A DNA stretch of 64,000 nt, from contig CAVSGI010000004.1 in the NCBI GenBank assembly GCA_963727445.1, positions 96,001-160,000 on the forward strand, written 5' to 3'. The translations under genes were made by a program, and so were the position numbers. Below, piece by piece: positions 1 to 11,123 of this stretch; within the stretch, counting starts at the first letter, position 1; every line of letters starts with the position of its first letter. Source of the DNA: an uncultured delta proteobacterium (GTDB taxonomy: Bacteria; Myxococcota_A; Polyangia; Polyangiales; B10-G4). Under the pieces are notes generated by a model, which was given only the letters and a program-made list of their open reading frames with translations, did no database searches and was not told the origin of the DNA.

Positions 1-2
1 TG

Positions 3-149
3 GAAGGGTACGAGGTAAGAGCCGATCTCACCGGCGTCGGCAAGCGACGACTCGTCCTCGACGCCCGGCGCCTCGAACAGCCCGGCGTCGACGCAGAGCC
101 CAGGATCCTGCTGGCGTTCCAGAGCTTCGAGGTCGACGATGATCGATGA
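3..149 (+). CDS. 3' end of a probable CheB/CheR-type PAS-domain protein (partial, begins before window)
   Basis: Frame from nt 3 reads EGYEVRADLTGVGKRRLVLDARRLEQPGVDAEPRILLAFQSFEVDDDR*, resembling the G-x-R-x-L-x-L-N-A-R...ILLA-x-ED tail of CheBR fusions. It overlaps the start of a kinase with the HELQVHQIELEMQNEEL-type motif that typically follows cheBR genes. Confidence 0.6.
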   Translation, partial: EGYEVRADLTGVGKRRLVLDARRLEQPGVDAEPRILLAFQSFEVDDDR

Positions 150-3100
150 CCAACCCGACGCGTGGTTTGGCGTGTTGCGTCGCCGCGCCGAGGAGGCCCT
201 GCGCAAGACGGACGAGCCACATTCCGGCGATGATCTCGCGCGCTTGGTCCACGACCTCGAGGTGCATCACGTCGAGCTTTCGATGCAGAACGAGGAGCTC
301 CGAGCCGCACAGATCGGCCTCGAGCGCTTGCGCGCCGAGTACGCGGACCTCTACGAGCACGCGCCCGTCGGTTACGTGACCGTGGACGTCTTCGGACGAG
401 TGAGGCGCGCGAATCTGGCGGCGGCGGGGCTATTCGACGTCGGGCGCAATCAGCTCATCGACACATCGCTGCCCGGCAGATACGACCCGGCCGACGCCAA
501 ACAGCTTCGGCTGCGGTTTCGGGAAGCGCTGGTCGGCGAGGTCGAGCCGTGGGAGACGTCTCGCCTTCGCCCCGACGGGAAGCGGGTCGTGATTCGTCAC
601 ACCGTCGTGCAGGCAGAGGGAGACGACGGGCCGGAGCTCCGCCTCGCCCTGACCGACGTCACGGATCTGGACGAAGCTCGCGCCGCCCTGGACGCCGCCA
701 ACCGCGCCCTTCACGGCCGCGTCGAGCGGAGCGAGCGCCAGCTCGGCGAGCGCGATGCAGAGCTGCGCCTCATCGCGGACAACATCCCCGTTCAGCTCGT
801 TCGCATCGATGATCAGGAGCGTCACGTATTCGTCAACCGCGCGTACGCGAGCTTCTGGGGAATGAAGCCGTCCGAGGTCATTGGCCGCACGGTGCTCGAG
901 GTGGTGGGCCCCGACCTCTACTCCGAGATCCGTGCCCACCTTCGGCAGGCGTTCGATGGTACCGCGGTCTGCTACGAGCATCGGTTCATCTGGTCGGGGC
1001 GGGGCGAACGGTGGATGGAGACGACCTATCTACCGAACGTCGATGAACGCGGTCGGACGACCGGGCTCCACGTCGTGGTGCACGACGTCACGGAGCGCCG
1101 AATTGCGGAGCGGTCGGCGCACCGCCTCACCGAGAAGATGCGCGTGCTCGTCGCAGAGAGGACGGGCCAGCTGCAGGAAAGCGTCCGCTACCACGCGGCG
1201 CTCATCGCCGCGATCCAAGAGGCTGTCATCTCGACGGACTTGAAGGGACGCATCCTGAGCTGGAACGAGTCGGCTGAGACCACCTTGGGTTGGACGGCTC
1301 CCGAGGTCATCGGCCGACCCTTCACAGAGGTGCTGTCTTTGCACCCGGTCGATGGGGAACGTCGTCCACGATCGTCTTCGATCGACGACCTCCCCCACGG
1401 GCTGGCCCGGCTCCGTCATCGCGACGGCGGGGACCGGCTGCTCGACATCTCGGCTTCCCTCGTGCGCGGTCCTGAAGGTGAGACGGCGGGACAGGTCGTA
1501 GTGGCCCGTGACGTGACGGCGCGTGTTGCGGCGCAGCGGGCTGCGGCAGAGGCGCTCCGAGAGGAGCGCGATTTTGCGGATGGCCTGGTGGAGATCGCGC
1601 CGGTGATCGTGCTGGTGCTCGATGCCGAGGGACGCGTGGTCCGCTTCAACAAATTCCTCGAGGAGCTCTCGGGCTTCACGCTCGAAGAGGTCCGCGGGCA
1701 GGATTGGGCGGACACTTTCGGGCCAGAGGACGCGCGCGAGGCGATGCGCGAGTCGTTCGAGCGTTCCGTGCGCGGCAGTCCCAACCTCGGCACGGTGACG
1801 TCCCTGAAGACGAAGGATGGACGACGGCGCGAGATCGAGTGGCACGAGTCCCTGCTCACGGGGGCGAAAGGGCTGCGCGGCCTCTTGGCGATCGGACGAG
1901 ACATCACCGACGAGCGGCGCCTCGTGCGGGAGGCGCAGCATGCCCAGAAGATGGAGGCTGTCGGGACGCTGGCCGCGGGTATCGCTCACGACTTCAACAA
2001 CCTCCTCATGGGCATCATCGGAATGGCCGAGATGGCCGAGAACAAGCTCGGCGAGCCCGAGGCGGCGAACCGCTACGTCGCCGAGATTCAGAAGGCTGCG
2101 CGGGGAGGGGTCGCGATCGTTCGTCAGCTCCTCACCTTCAGCAAGAAGGCCTCGCCGACGCTCCGTGACATGGAGGTCGACGAGATGGTGGCTGCTGCCG
2201 CCCCGATGTTGCGGACGCTCCTCGGGGAGGACGTCGAGCTCGACGTCGAGCTCCGCTCCGACGGCGGCCGAATCCTGATCGCGCCCGGCCAGCTCGAGCA
2301 GATCATGATGAACCTCGCCGCGAACGCTCGCCACGCCATGCCGAAGGGCGGAACGCTATCCATCTCCACGGCACGGGTTCACATCCGCGCGGACGATGTG
2401 CCCCACTCGGGAGTTCGCCGCGGACGGTACGTGCGCCTGGTCATCCGGGACACGGGCGTCGGTATGAGCGAGGAGACGCGCGCCCGTGCCTTCGAGCCCT
2501 TCTTCACCACCAAGGAAGAGGGGGGGACCGGCCTCGGGCTCTCGACGACGTACGGCATCGTCCGCGCTGGCAGTGGACACATCGAGGTGGAGAGCCAGCC
2601 GGGGGTTGGGACGACCTTCACGATCCTCATGCCGCTCGTTCGGCCGTCGCAGATGGGCCTCGACTCGAAGCTCGAGGAGGACGACTCGCGGGTTCGTTCC
2701 GGGACCGTGCTCGTCGTCGAGGACGAGGAGCTCGTGCGGATGACCGTCTGCCACTATCTCGAGAGCGCTGGCTACCGAGTCCTGCGGGCCTCGGCCGGTG
2801 AAGAGGCGATGGGCCTGTGGCGTGACAACCACGTGGACGTCCTCTTGACCGATGCGGTGCTCCCGCAGATCCAGGGTTCTGACTTGATCGCCGCGATGCG
2901 GGATGAGGATCCGAACCTGCTGGTGGCGGTGATGAGCGCACACCCACGTGAGCTCCTCGAGCAAGAAGGACGGATCGACAAATCGATCCCCTCCCTACAG
3001 AAGCCTTTCACGAAGCACGACCTCTTGAGGGTCGTCGATCGCCTCGCGGCGAGTCGGAGCGCAAGCCGCTCAGCCGGGGTCGTCGGAGGGGCGGAGGATG

Positions 3101-3466
3101 CCGCGGTGGTTCTCATCGTCGAGGACAACGCGACGGCCCGCGCTGCGGTACGCGACTTCCTGAGCGACCTCGGATACGAAGTGCTCGCCGCGGGGACCGT
3201 CGCCGAGGCCATGGCATCGGCTGACTCTCGAATCTCGAATCGACGTCGTCCTGTCCGACCTGGGGCTTCCGGACGGCTCGGGCCCCGAGCTCGTGGAGAG
3301 TCTGCGCGTTCGCTACCCCGAGCTCGGGGTGGTGTACACGAGCGGTCGGACCTTCGACGGACACGTCGGCGCGCTCCTTCGCCGGGATCGCGCCAATTTC
3401 GTCGAGAAGCCCGCCAGCCTCGCCGCGCTCGCCCGTGCCATCGAGGCTCAGCTTCGCGAACGCTGA
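139..3466 (+). CDS. Multi-PAS hybrid sensor histidine kinase with two receiver domains (+1 frameshift at ~3226-3240)
   Basis: HDLEVHHVELSMQNEEL, about 4 PAS repeats, H-box AGIAHDFNNLL, N/G boxes (NLAANARHAM, DTGVGM, GTGLGL), REC1 VLVVEDE..LLTD..KPF. REC2 starts VLIVEDN and continues in the next frame as IDVVLSDLGLPDGSG..YTSG..FVEKP..ER* (TGA 3464-3466). Confidence 0.9.
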
Positions 3467-3559
3467 GCGACGGAACGCGGAAGGGGACTATTCGGCGCCT
3501 GATGCGGACTTCTTCCCACGCGTGAGCGGCGTGCACCGCAACTCACCTCGAAAAGCCAC

Positions 3560-3575
3560 GGGCACGACTACTGCA
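3560..3575 (+). promoter_or_regulatory. Putative sigma54 (-24/-12) promoter of the CsbD-like gene
   Basis: gGGCACGACTACTGCA: GG at 3561-3562, 10 nt, GC at 3573-3574; close to the TGGCACG-N4-TTGCW consensus. Confidence 0.6.
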
Positions 3576-3642
3576 GTGGGCGTCGGGACCTCGCGAGGTT
3601 GCAAACCTTCCTCGCGAGTGAGTTCGAGAAAGACCGGAAGAC

Positions 3643-3843
3643 ATGAACATCAATGACATGAAGACCAATTGGAAGACCGTCCGCCCGAAGGTCCACACGA
3701 AGTGGGACAAGCTGACCGAAGCCGACCTGACAGCCATCGGCCAAAAGCCCCAGGACCTGGTCGACCGCGTCGAGAAGCGCTACTCCCTGGACCACGAAAA
3801 GGCTCAGAAGGCCGTTACCGACTTCATGAAAACGCTGTCGTAG
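3643..3843 (+). CDS. CsbD/YjbJ-family general stress protein
   Basis: 66 aa; NWK..V..KW.KLT..DL..I....DLV.RV..RY pattern typical of YjbJ/CsbD. Confidence 0.8.
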   Translation: MNINDMKTNWKTVRPKVHTKWDKLTEADLTAIGQKPQDLVDRVEKRYSLDHEKAQKAVTDFMKTLS

Positions 3844-3887
3844 GACGCGCAGCGACCGAGCGTGCTGCTCGCCCGGCTGGGGACTCT

Positions 3888-5324
3888 TCACAGAGCCGTC
3901 TTCGGCGGAGAGGTGATCCCGAACTTCTCGATCCGGTACCGGATCTGGTCTCGGTTCATTCCCAGCAGGCGAGCCGCGCGCGTTTGGTTGCCCCCCGTCC
4001 GCTTCAGCGCCTGAGTCACCAGGCTGCGCTCGAGGTCAGCGAAGTTCACACCGCTCGCGGGAAGCTCGAATGGATCCACGGATTGCGGCGGAGAAGATCC
4101 TCTTCGCAGTGCGCGGAAGTCGTTCACGCCGAGCTCGTCTCCCTCCGCGAGAAGCACGGCGCGCTCCAGCACGTTCCTGAGCTCTCTGACGTTGCCCGGC
4201 CATCCGTAATCGCTGAGCTCCGAGAGTGCTCTGACGCTCAGGTTCCTCACGCTCTTCCCGAGCTCCGTGTTGAATCGATCGATGAACAGCGTGGCGAGTG
4301 GCCCGACATCCTCGCGCCGATCACGCAGGGGCGGCAGGTGCAGGTGCAGGACGGTGAGACGATAATAGAGGTCTTCCCGGAAGGTCCCGTCCGACACCAT
4401 CGCCGCGAGATCGCGATTGGTCGCGGCGATCACGCGCACGTCGGGCCGGATCTCGGTCGAGCCACCCACGCGCCGAAACGTGTGGTCTTCGAGGAAGCGC
4501 AGGAGCTTGGACTGCAGGCTAGGCGCCATCTCGCCAATCTCGTCCAAGAAGACCGTGCCCGCGTCGGCCTGTTCCAAGAGTCCCTTCTTCTGGTGTCGAG
4601 CATCGGTGAAAGCGCCTCGCTCGTGGCCGAACAGCTCGCTCTCGAGGAGAGTGTCGGCGAGCGCGGAGCAGGTGATGTTCATGAAGGGCCCGTCCGCTCG
4701 GGCGCTCGTCGCGTGGATGGCACGCGCGACGAGGTCCTTACCCGTACCGCTCTCGCCGGTCAGCAGGATGGTCGCGTCGGAGCTGCGAGCGAACTTCAGG
4801 ACCAGCGCCTTCACGACGCGTACCGCACCGGAGTCCCCCACAATCCGCTCCAGAGAGCCGCCTTGTTGGGTCGCTCTCAAACGTCTCACCTCTCGACGTA
4901 GGGCCGTGGTTTCGAGCGCGCGCTCGCAGACCACCTGAACCTCCTCGAGGTCGAAGGGCTTCTCGATGAAGTGGAAGGCGCCTTGCCGCATGGCGTCGAC
5001 GGCGCGCTCCACGGAGGAGAAGGCGGTGAGCAGGATGACGGGCACCTCCGGGTCGAGCACCTTCATCTCGGCGAGCAGGGTGAGCCCGTCCGTGTCGGGC
5101 AGGCGGTAGTCGAGGAGGACGAGGTCGACGCCTTGCTCGAAGAGCTCGATCGCACGACTCCCGTCTTCGGCTTCCACGACGCGGTGCCCCGCAGCCTCCA
5201 GGCGCTGCCGAACCGCCCAGCGGATCAACGCCTCGTCGTCGACGACCAGGACGGTAGTGATGGCGCGGCGCACGCTGACGTTGGAGGTAGTGTCATCCTC
5301 GGAGCTCGGTTCGGCCTCAATCAT
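3888..5324 (-). CDS. Sigma54-dependent response regulator (NtrC/AtoC family; REC-AAA+-HTH)
   Basis: REC VLVVDDE..LLDYRLPD; Walker A GESGTGKD; ESELFGHERGAFTDA; FLDEIGEM; FREDLYYRL; WPGNVRELRN; Fis HTH GGNQTRAARLLG. Start chosen at ATG 5324 (track ORF extends to 5450). Confidence 0.95.
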   Translation of the reverse strand: MIEAEPSSEDDTTSNVSVRRAITTVLVVDDEALIRWAVRQRLEAAGHRVVEAEDGSRAIELFEQGVDLVLLDYRLPDTDGLTLLAEMKVLDPEVPVILLTAFSSVERAVDAMRQGAFHFIEKPFDLEEVQVVCERALETTALRREVRRLRATQQGGSLERIVGDSGAVRVVKALVLKFARSSDATILLTGESGTGKDLVARAIHATSARADGPFMNITCSALADTLLESELFGHERGAFTDARHQKKGLLEQADAGTVFLDEIGEMAPSLQSKLLRFLEDHTFRRVGGSTEIRPDVRVIAATNRDLAAMVSDGTFREDLYYRLTVLHLHLPPLRDRREDVGPLATLFIDRFNTELGKSVRNLSVRALSELSDYGWPGNVRELRNVLERAVLLAEGDELGVNDFRALRRGSSPPQSVDPFELPASGVNFADLERSLVTQALKRTGGNQTRAARLLGMNRDQIRYRIEKFGITSPPKTAL

Positions 5325-5480
5325 GGTTTGCGGAGTAGGTCCTTCCCCCGAAGAGATGCTCCCCGGCAGGAAGATTGCGAGGACCACGCCGATCGAGGCG
5401 CCGAGCGTGCAGCTGGTCACGCAGATGTTGCGTGGATCGGACGGCTCCAAGCGAGTGCCGACGAATACGCATCTCGGTTC

Positions 5481-5533
5481 GACAAAATGACGAAATGACG
5501 AAGAGCGTCCCCCCCCGCGGCATGCTTCGTGCT
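5481..5533 (+). promoter_or_regulatory. Tandem 8-bp repeats plus putative sigma54 promoter of the CBS gene
   Basis: GACAAAAT GACGAAAT GACGAAGA at 5481-5504, then cGGCATGCTTCGTGCT (GG 5519-5520, GC 5531-5532). Divergent from the sigma54 activator gene. Confidence 0.55.
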
Positions 5534-5558
5534 CGTCGTTACGTGGGAGGTGCCTCCC

Positions 5559-6116
5559 ATGCCCAAACTAAACGCCGTACTCGAAGTGAAAGGGATGGCA
5601 GCTGTCTCGGTTCCGAGCTCCTGCACCGTTCTCGAAGCTGTACGCACCTTGAGCCGCAATGGCGTCGGCTCGGTTCTGGTGGTCGACCACCACCAGCTGG
5701 TGGGCATCTTCACCGAGCGCGACGCAGTGCGCCGGGTCCTCGGGATGGATCGAAGACCTCGCGAGACGCTCGTCTCGGCGGTGATGTCCCGAGACGTCGT
5801 CGTGGGTCACCCGGATGACACGGTCCTCGAGGCGATGCAGCGGATGGCCAAACGCCGTCTCCGACATCTGCCGGTCGTCCTGGAGGGCAGGGTATTGGGG
5901 GTCGTCTCCATCGGCAATCTCGCCAGGTGTGCGGCGCACGACCTCGATCTGTCCGTCGGCGACCTCGCTGCCTTCATCCACGGCGCGGCGGTGAAGCACG
6001 ACTCGGATTGGCCCACGGCGTTTCCTCCTGCGTCCAACTACGCAGAGGAGATCGCCCCGCGCGAGGATGTCTTGGAGCTGGCGCGAGCGATGCTCGACGA
6101 CCAGTGGAACAGGTGA
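5559..6116 (+). CDS. CBS-pair domain protein
   Basis: GVGSVLVVD..LVGIFTERD and RLRHLPVV..GRVLGVVSIGNL; GGAGG at 5546-5550 before ATG 5559. Confidence 0.9.
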   Translation: MPKLNAVLEVKGMAAVSVPSSCTVLEAVRTLSRNGVGSVLVVDHHQLVGIFTERDAVRRVLGMDRRPRETLVSAVMSRDVVVGHPDDTVLEAMQRMAKRRLRHLPVVLEGRVLGVVSIGNLARCAAHDLDLSVGDLAAFIHGAAVKHDSDWPTAFPPASNYAEEIAPREDVLELARAMLDDQWNR

Positions 6117-6213
6117 GGAGAATCTCGCGGTTTGGTGAAATTGTCCGCCGCTCCATCGCGTAAACGCGTTCGGGTTTCCGCGATCGGGGCAATCGTCCGC
6201 GTCGCTCGAGAAC

Positions 6214-8607
6214 ATGGCCCACGGATCCGACAAGCTCAGAGGTTCCATCGAAGGCGCCCTCGCAGGTGGCGGCGATCCCGCGACCTCACCGCTTTACGTC
6301 TTTGGCCCTTTTCTGCGGATGATCGTCGCGTCCGGGGTCGCCGCTGTCGTGTTCGGAGCGGCGATCTGGCTCGCGGTGCTCACAGTCTTCGTGGTCTCGG
6401 CCATGTATCGGCTGGTGATGATCTGGGTCACCGACGGCAGCGGCGGCAGCGGGCTCAGCGAGGACGAATTCGGTGGGTGGGCGGTCAACATCAACGCCGG
6501 CATCACGGCGGTGGAATACACGTTGACCTTCTTGGTGAGCATCGCGGCGCTCGTCACCTTCGTCGCCGACCGCTTTGCCGTGCTCAACGTGAGCTACCTC
6601 GGGCTGTCGCTCAGGACGATCCTCGCGGCCGCCTGCGCCTTGCTCGTGGGGTTCGCGGTCAATCTGGGACCGCGGGTGGCCGCCCGGGCCTTTGGCCCTG
6701 CCACCGCGGCGGTCCTGCTGCTCTTGTGGACGTTGATGATCGCCACGATCGTTCGGTTCGGCCTGCGCCTCCCATCCATCGACTGGTCGGCCTTCGCTGT
6801 GGAGAACCTCCACGCGACGTTGGGAGGATACGCGCGGATCCTGGCCCTGATGACGGGCATCGAGATCTTCGCCAACCTGGTCCCCGCCTATCGGGGATCC
6901 CCACGGGAGCGATCGCGCAAGGCCTTCGGGAGCCTCGTGATCGTCATGACGACCACCTGCCTCACGATGCTCATCGTGGGACCGGCCATCTTCGCTCTCG
7001 CCGATCCGTCGAATCGCGATGTCTCCGTCTTCACGCAGACGATGGATGCCCTGTTGCCTGCGCCGCTGGCTTACGCCGGCACGTTGATCGGCGTCCTCGT
7101 GCTGCTCTCGGCGGCGGCGGCGAGCGCGCAGGGAGTTCAGAACCTGAGCCTGGGCCTTCGGGAGCGACACTACGTCCCGGCCTGGTTCGGGCAACGTAAC
7201 GCGCACGGGGTCGCCGCCAATCCGGTGTGGCTCGAGGTCGGCCTCTGTGTCGTCTGCTTCGGTGCCTTCGGGACCAGCGAGGAGACCTACCTCACGCTCT
7301 ACGCGGCCGGTGTGTTCATCCTTCTCAGCCTCGCCGCCTGGGCGACCGTCAAGCGTCTGGTGCGTCAACTGCGCAAGAAGATCGATGCTACGGCCGTGGC
7401 GGCGCTCGTGGGTGCGGCCGCAGCGGCGATCCTGTCGAGCGGCGCCACCGTGATCATCTTCGAGGAGCGATTCACTCAAGGAGCCTGGCTCTACCTGGTG
7501 ATCATCCCGCTCCTGTACCTCGCCTTCAGTCGCATCCGACGGCGGCTGGGGCCACCGCGGTCCATCAGCGAGCGCCTCGGGCGCGCGCAGCTCGTATCGA
7601 GCGTCCCACCGCCACCGAAGGTGGGGGCCGTGTTCCATTCGAGCATCGGCTACCGACACATTCTCGTCCCCCTCGATCAGAGCCCCACCTCCGAGCTCGC
7701 GCTACCCCAGGCGCAGATGCTCGCCCGCAACTACGGCGGGAGCATTCACCTCCTTTCGGTGGTGAGAGAAACGCCCAGTCGCGCCGACGTGCGCGACGGT
7801 CGCTCGCACCAAGGCGCGGCGGAGTACCTCGAGGGGGTGGGGAGCGACCTCAGCGCCGACGGCTACGAGTGGAAGGCGACCGTTCGCGCCGGCGTAGCCG
7901 CCGAGGTGATCGGTGAGGTGGCCACCGCCGGCGACATCGACCTCGTCATCATCAGCACCCGCTCCCACTCCCGCTTGAGCCACTGGGTCAAGTCCCACGT
8001 CACGCGCGAAGTCGTCCACCAGTCGACCCCGCCGCTGCTTCTCATCCGCGCGACCGACGTCTGGCCGAGCATCCGCACGCGTTTCCGGCGACTGCTGGTG
8101 CCCCTCGATGGCTCCGACACGGCTGAGCAGATCCTCCCGCACGTGGAGGCGCTCGCGCGGAGGTTCGGTAGCGAGGTCACGCTGCTCGCCGTGGTCGAGG
8201 GCTCCGAGCTGGACGACCACCTGGGCAAGCTACGGGCCTACCTCGAGTCGATCGCTGAGGCCCTGCGGGAAGCGGGCATCCCCACCGAGACCCAGGTCGC
8301 CGACATGGCGCCGGTGGAGGTCATATTGAACGCCGGAGCGACGCTCCGAAGCGATCTGATCATGATGGTCTCCCACGGTCGGGGCGGGGTCGAGCGAATG
8401 GACCGCGTCAAGCTGGGCAGCGTCGTCGAGGACGTCATCGAGCGAACTCCTTGTCCTGTCTTCATGGTGTCGGCCGAGCGCGACCTCGGCGCTCGGGCAC
8501 GCCTCATCTCTTCCGTCGTCCCAAGCGGCCGCGGATCTTTGCAAGACGACGAGGAAGACGGGGCTGCGCCACGCTCGCTCTCCCAGGGCCGAGCACGTAC
8601 CCCATGA
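6214..8607 (+). CDS. APC-superfamily permease fused to two universal stress protein (USP) domains
   Basis: About 12 hydrophobic segments with TGIEIFAN (APC TM6-like), then YRHILVPLDQS..DLVIIST and FRRLLVPLDGS..DLIMMVSHGRGG..LGSVVEDVIERTPCPVFMV. Confidence 0.85.
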   Translation: MAHGSDKLRGSIEGALAGGGDPATSPLYVFGPFLRMIVASGVAAVVFGAAIWLAVLTVFVVSAMYRLVMIWVTDGSGGSGLSEDEFGGWAVNINAGITAVEYTLTFLVSIAALVTFVADRFAVLNVSYLGLSLRTILAAACALLVGFAVNLGPRVAARAFGPATAAVLLLLWTLMIATIVRFGLRLPSIDWSAFAVENLHATLGGYARILALMTGIEIFANLVPAYRGSPRERSRKAFGSLVIVMTTTCLTMLIVGPAIFALADPSNRDVSVFTQTMDALLPAPLAYAGTLIGVLVLLSAAAASAQGVQNLSLGLRERHYVPAWFGQRNAHGVAANPVWLEVGLCVVCFGAFGTSEETYLTLYAAGVFILLSLAAWATVKRLVRQLRKKIDATAVAALVGAAAAAILSSGATVIIFEERFTQGAWLYLVIIPLLYLAFSRIRRRLGPPRSISERLGRAQLVSSVPPPPKVGAVFHSSIGYRHILVPLDQSPTSELALPQAQMLARNYGGSIHLLSVVRETPSRADVRDGRSHQGAAEYLEGVGSDLSADGYEWKATVRAGVAAEVIGEVATAGDIDLVIISTRSHSRLSHWVKSHVTREVVHQSTPPLLLIRATDVWPSIRTRFRRLLVPLDGSDTAEQILPHVEALARRFGSEVTLLAVVEGSELDDHLGKLRAYLESIAEALREAGIPTETQVADMAPVEVILNAGATLRSDLIMMVSHGRGGVERMDRVKLGSVVEDVIERTPCPVFMVSAERDLGARARLISSVVPSGRGSLQDDEEDGAAPRSLSQGRARTP

Positions 8608-11032
8608 GCTCGGCGAAGGCCCAGGTCGCAATGATGGCGGCCGAGAGGACCAGAATTTGCAGCGCGCCCAGGCGCGTGAGGCCCAGCAACGAACGCAGCC
8701 CGGGCACGAACAACGTCGCGAGTTGCAGCCCGATGCCGAGGCCGATGCAGACATGCAGCACGACGTTCGTTTTCGGGTGACTGGACCAACGACGCGAAGC
8801 GTACGCGCTGACGAGCTTGGCGACCGACTCGTATAGAAACACGGCGGTCTGGACCGCGATGAGCGTCGCGCCGAGGATGGGGCCCAGGATCAGCAGACTG
8901 ACGCCTACCAGGCCCTTCACCAACCCCGTGCTCATGATGAACCAGCTCGACCCCGGATCGAGCAGGGAGCCGTCTCTGGCGCGGGGGGGACGGCGCATGA
9001 CGTCAGGTGTCCTATCGAGCGCCAGCGCGAGCGCTGGCGGCCCATCTCCCAAGAAGTTGATCCAAAGGAGCTGCAGCGCCGTCAATGGCAGAAGTGTCCC
9101 GCCGGCAAGGTCGCGCTCGCCCTGCGCGAAGTAGAGGATCGCACCGACGACGACCACGAGCACGAGGGCGATGTTGGTGGAGAACGTGAACCGAACGAAG
9201 CTCTGGATGTTTCGGTAGATATTCCTCCCCTCCTCGATCGCCCCGACGATCGAGCCCAGGTCGTCGTCCATGAGCACGAAGTCGGATACCTCCCGTGCGA
9301 CATCGCTCCCGCGACGTCCCATCGCGATGCCCACGTCCGCGCGCTTGAGGGCGGGTGCGTCGTTGACGCCGTCGCCAGTCATCGCGACCACTTCCCCAGC
9401 GTGCCGCAAGGCTTCGACGAGCACGAGTTTCTGCTCGGGGCTCACACGAGCGAAGACCGTGGCTTGTTGAACTGTCTCCTCGAGCTCGTGTTCCGACAGC
9501 GTTTCGAGCTCCGCGCCGGTCACGATTGTTCCCGGGTCCAGTCCCACGGCCTCTGCGACGGTCGCCGCCGTTGCCGGATGATCTCCGGTGATCATCACCA
9601 CGCGCACTCCGGCGTTGCGCGCACCGGCTATCGCTTCGCGAACGCCCGGCCGCGGTGGGTCCCAAAGCGACACGAGGCCGACAAACCGAAGTCCGTCTTC
9701 GCGCTCACCTTCGCCAACGGCAAGCGCGACGACTCGGAATCCACTTCTGGCAGCCGACACCGAGCGCTCCAGCCAGTCTCGTCGTTCATCTTCTGGCAGG
9801 TCGGTGCGCCCGATCACGATCTCTGGAGATCCCTTCACGAAGCTCTGGACCCCTTCGGCGCTCTGCACGGTGACACGCATGAAACCCCAGGCGCTGTCGA
9901 AAGAGCGGCTCGTCGTGCGTACGTTGGCTCGTGACATCGCGTCGAGATCCAGTCCCTGCTTTTCCGCGTAGTCGAGCAAGGCCGTGTCGAGGGGGTCGCC
10001 CGCGCGCGCTGCAATGTCGGCATCGCCTGCCAGGACCATCGCGCGCAGAGCCAGCTCGAGAGCGTCGCTCTCGACGTTCTGGACGACCATGCGGTTTTCC
10101 GTGAGCGTCCCGGTCTTGTCCGTGGCGATGACGGTCACCGAACCCAAGGCCTCCACGGCGCTCAACCGCCGCACCACGGCCTTGTTCTTGGCCATACGGC
10201 GCACTCCGAGCGCGAGTGCGAGCGTCACCATCGCCGGCATGCCCTCGGGAACCGCTGCCACGGCGAGCGCAACGGCAAACAGAATCGCATGATCGATCCG
10301 GTCCCAGCCGTCGACCGCGATGCTGAGCGCGGTCAGTAAGAGCGCGAGCCCCCCGACCCAGAGTGCGACCCGCTGACCGAGTGCTCCGAGACGGCGCTCC
10401 AACGGCGTGGGTTCGGTGTCGATCCCGCTGATCCTCACCGCGAGCTTGCCCATCGTGCTCGAAAGGCCAGTCTCCGTGATCTGAATTCGCCCGGTGCCAC
10501 GGACGGCGAGAGTGCCGCTCAGCACGCGATCGTCCGCCGCCTTCTCGATTGGCAGCGACTCGCCAGTCACGATCGACTCGTCGACGAGCAAGCCGAGCGA
10601 CTCGAGGGCCACGCCGTCAGCGGGCAGGCGTTCCCCGGCTTCCACTCGCACGACGTCGCCCGGCACGAGCTCGCGGCTCGGGCGTCGCGCGAACGCGCCG
10701 TCCCTCAACACCCAGGCCTCGGGAGCGGCCAGGAGCTCCAGCTTGGCCAAGGCGGCTTCCGAGCGGTGCTCCTGAAACGCACCGAGCCCCGCATTCAAGA
10801 GCAAGACCAGGCAGATTCCGAGGGCCTCGAGGGGTACCCCCTCTGCGCCGTGCCACAGCCAGGTCCCGACGTCGAACAGGAGTGCGAAGAGCAGCAGATA
10901 CACCAGCGCGCTGCGAAACTGGCGGAGGAAACGACGAAGGAAGGACGGCGGTGCCACCGTGGGCAAGGCGTTCGGTCCGACATCCGCGAGCAGGCGCGCT
11001 GCGATATCGCTCGACAGGCCCGCAGTCGTCAC
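8504..11032 (-). CDS. Cation-transporting P-type ATPase (type IIA-like)
   Basis: [22 protein letters not shown] phosphorylation motif, [26 protein letters not shown]. Confidence 0.95.
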   Translation of the reverse strand: MTTAGLSSDIAARLLADVGPNALPTVAPPSFLRRFLRQFRSALVYLLLFALLFDVGTWLWHGAEGVPLEALGICLVLLLNAGLGAFQEHRSEAALAKLELLAAPEAWVLRDGAFARRPSRELVPGDVVRVEAGERLPADGVALESLGLLVDESIVTGESLPIEKAADDRVLSGTLAVRGTGRIQITETGLSSTMGKLAVRISGIDTEPTPLERRLGALGQRVALWVGGLALLLTALSIAVDGWDRIDHAILFAVALAVAAVPEGMPAMVTLALALGVRRMAKNKAVVRRLSAVEALGSVTVIATDKTGTLTENRMVVQNVESDALELALRAMVLAGDADIAARAGDPLDTALLDYAEKQGLDLDAMSRANVRTTSRSFDSAWGFMRVTVQSAEGVQSFVKGSPEIVIGRTDLPEDERRDWLERSVSAARSGFRVVALAVGEGEREDGLRFVGLVSLWDPPRPGVREAIAGARNAGVRVVMITGDHPATAATVAEAVGLDPGTIVTGAELETLSEHELEETVQQATVFARVSPEQKLVLVEALRHAGEVVAMTGDGVNDAPALKRADVGIAMGRRGSDVAREVSDFVLMDDDLGSIVGAIEEGRNIYRNIQSFVRFTFSTNIALVLVVVVGAILYFAQGERDLAGGTLLPLTALQLLWINFLGDGPPALALALDRTPDVMRRPPRARDGSLLDPGSSWFIMSTGLVKGLVGVSLLILGPILGATLIAVQTAVFLYESVAKLVSAYASRRWSSHPKTNVVLHVCIGLGIGLQLATLFVPGLRSLLGLTRLGALQILVLSAAIIATWAFAELMGYVLGPGRASVAQPRLPRRLAKIRGRLGRRKR

Positions 11033-11123
11033 GTTGAAGCTTCTTCGTCCACCGCTGTGCCAGCAAAGGCCTCGCGGATGCCGAAGCCCGGTTTCATGGC
11101 TGCGCTCGCCGCCCGCACGACGG

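Noticed and set aside
4600..4640. GAFTDA instead of GAFTGA as a sign of an inactive activator
   Set aside because: The critical F and T are retained and this variant is common in bEBPs.
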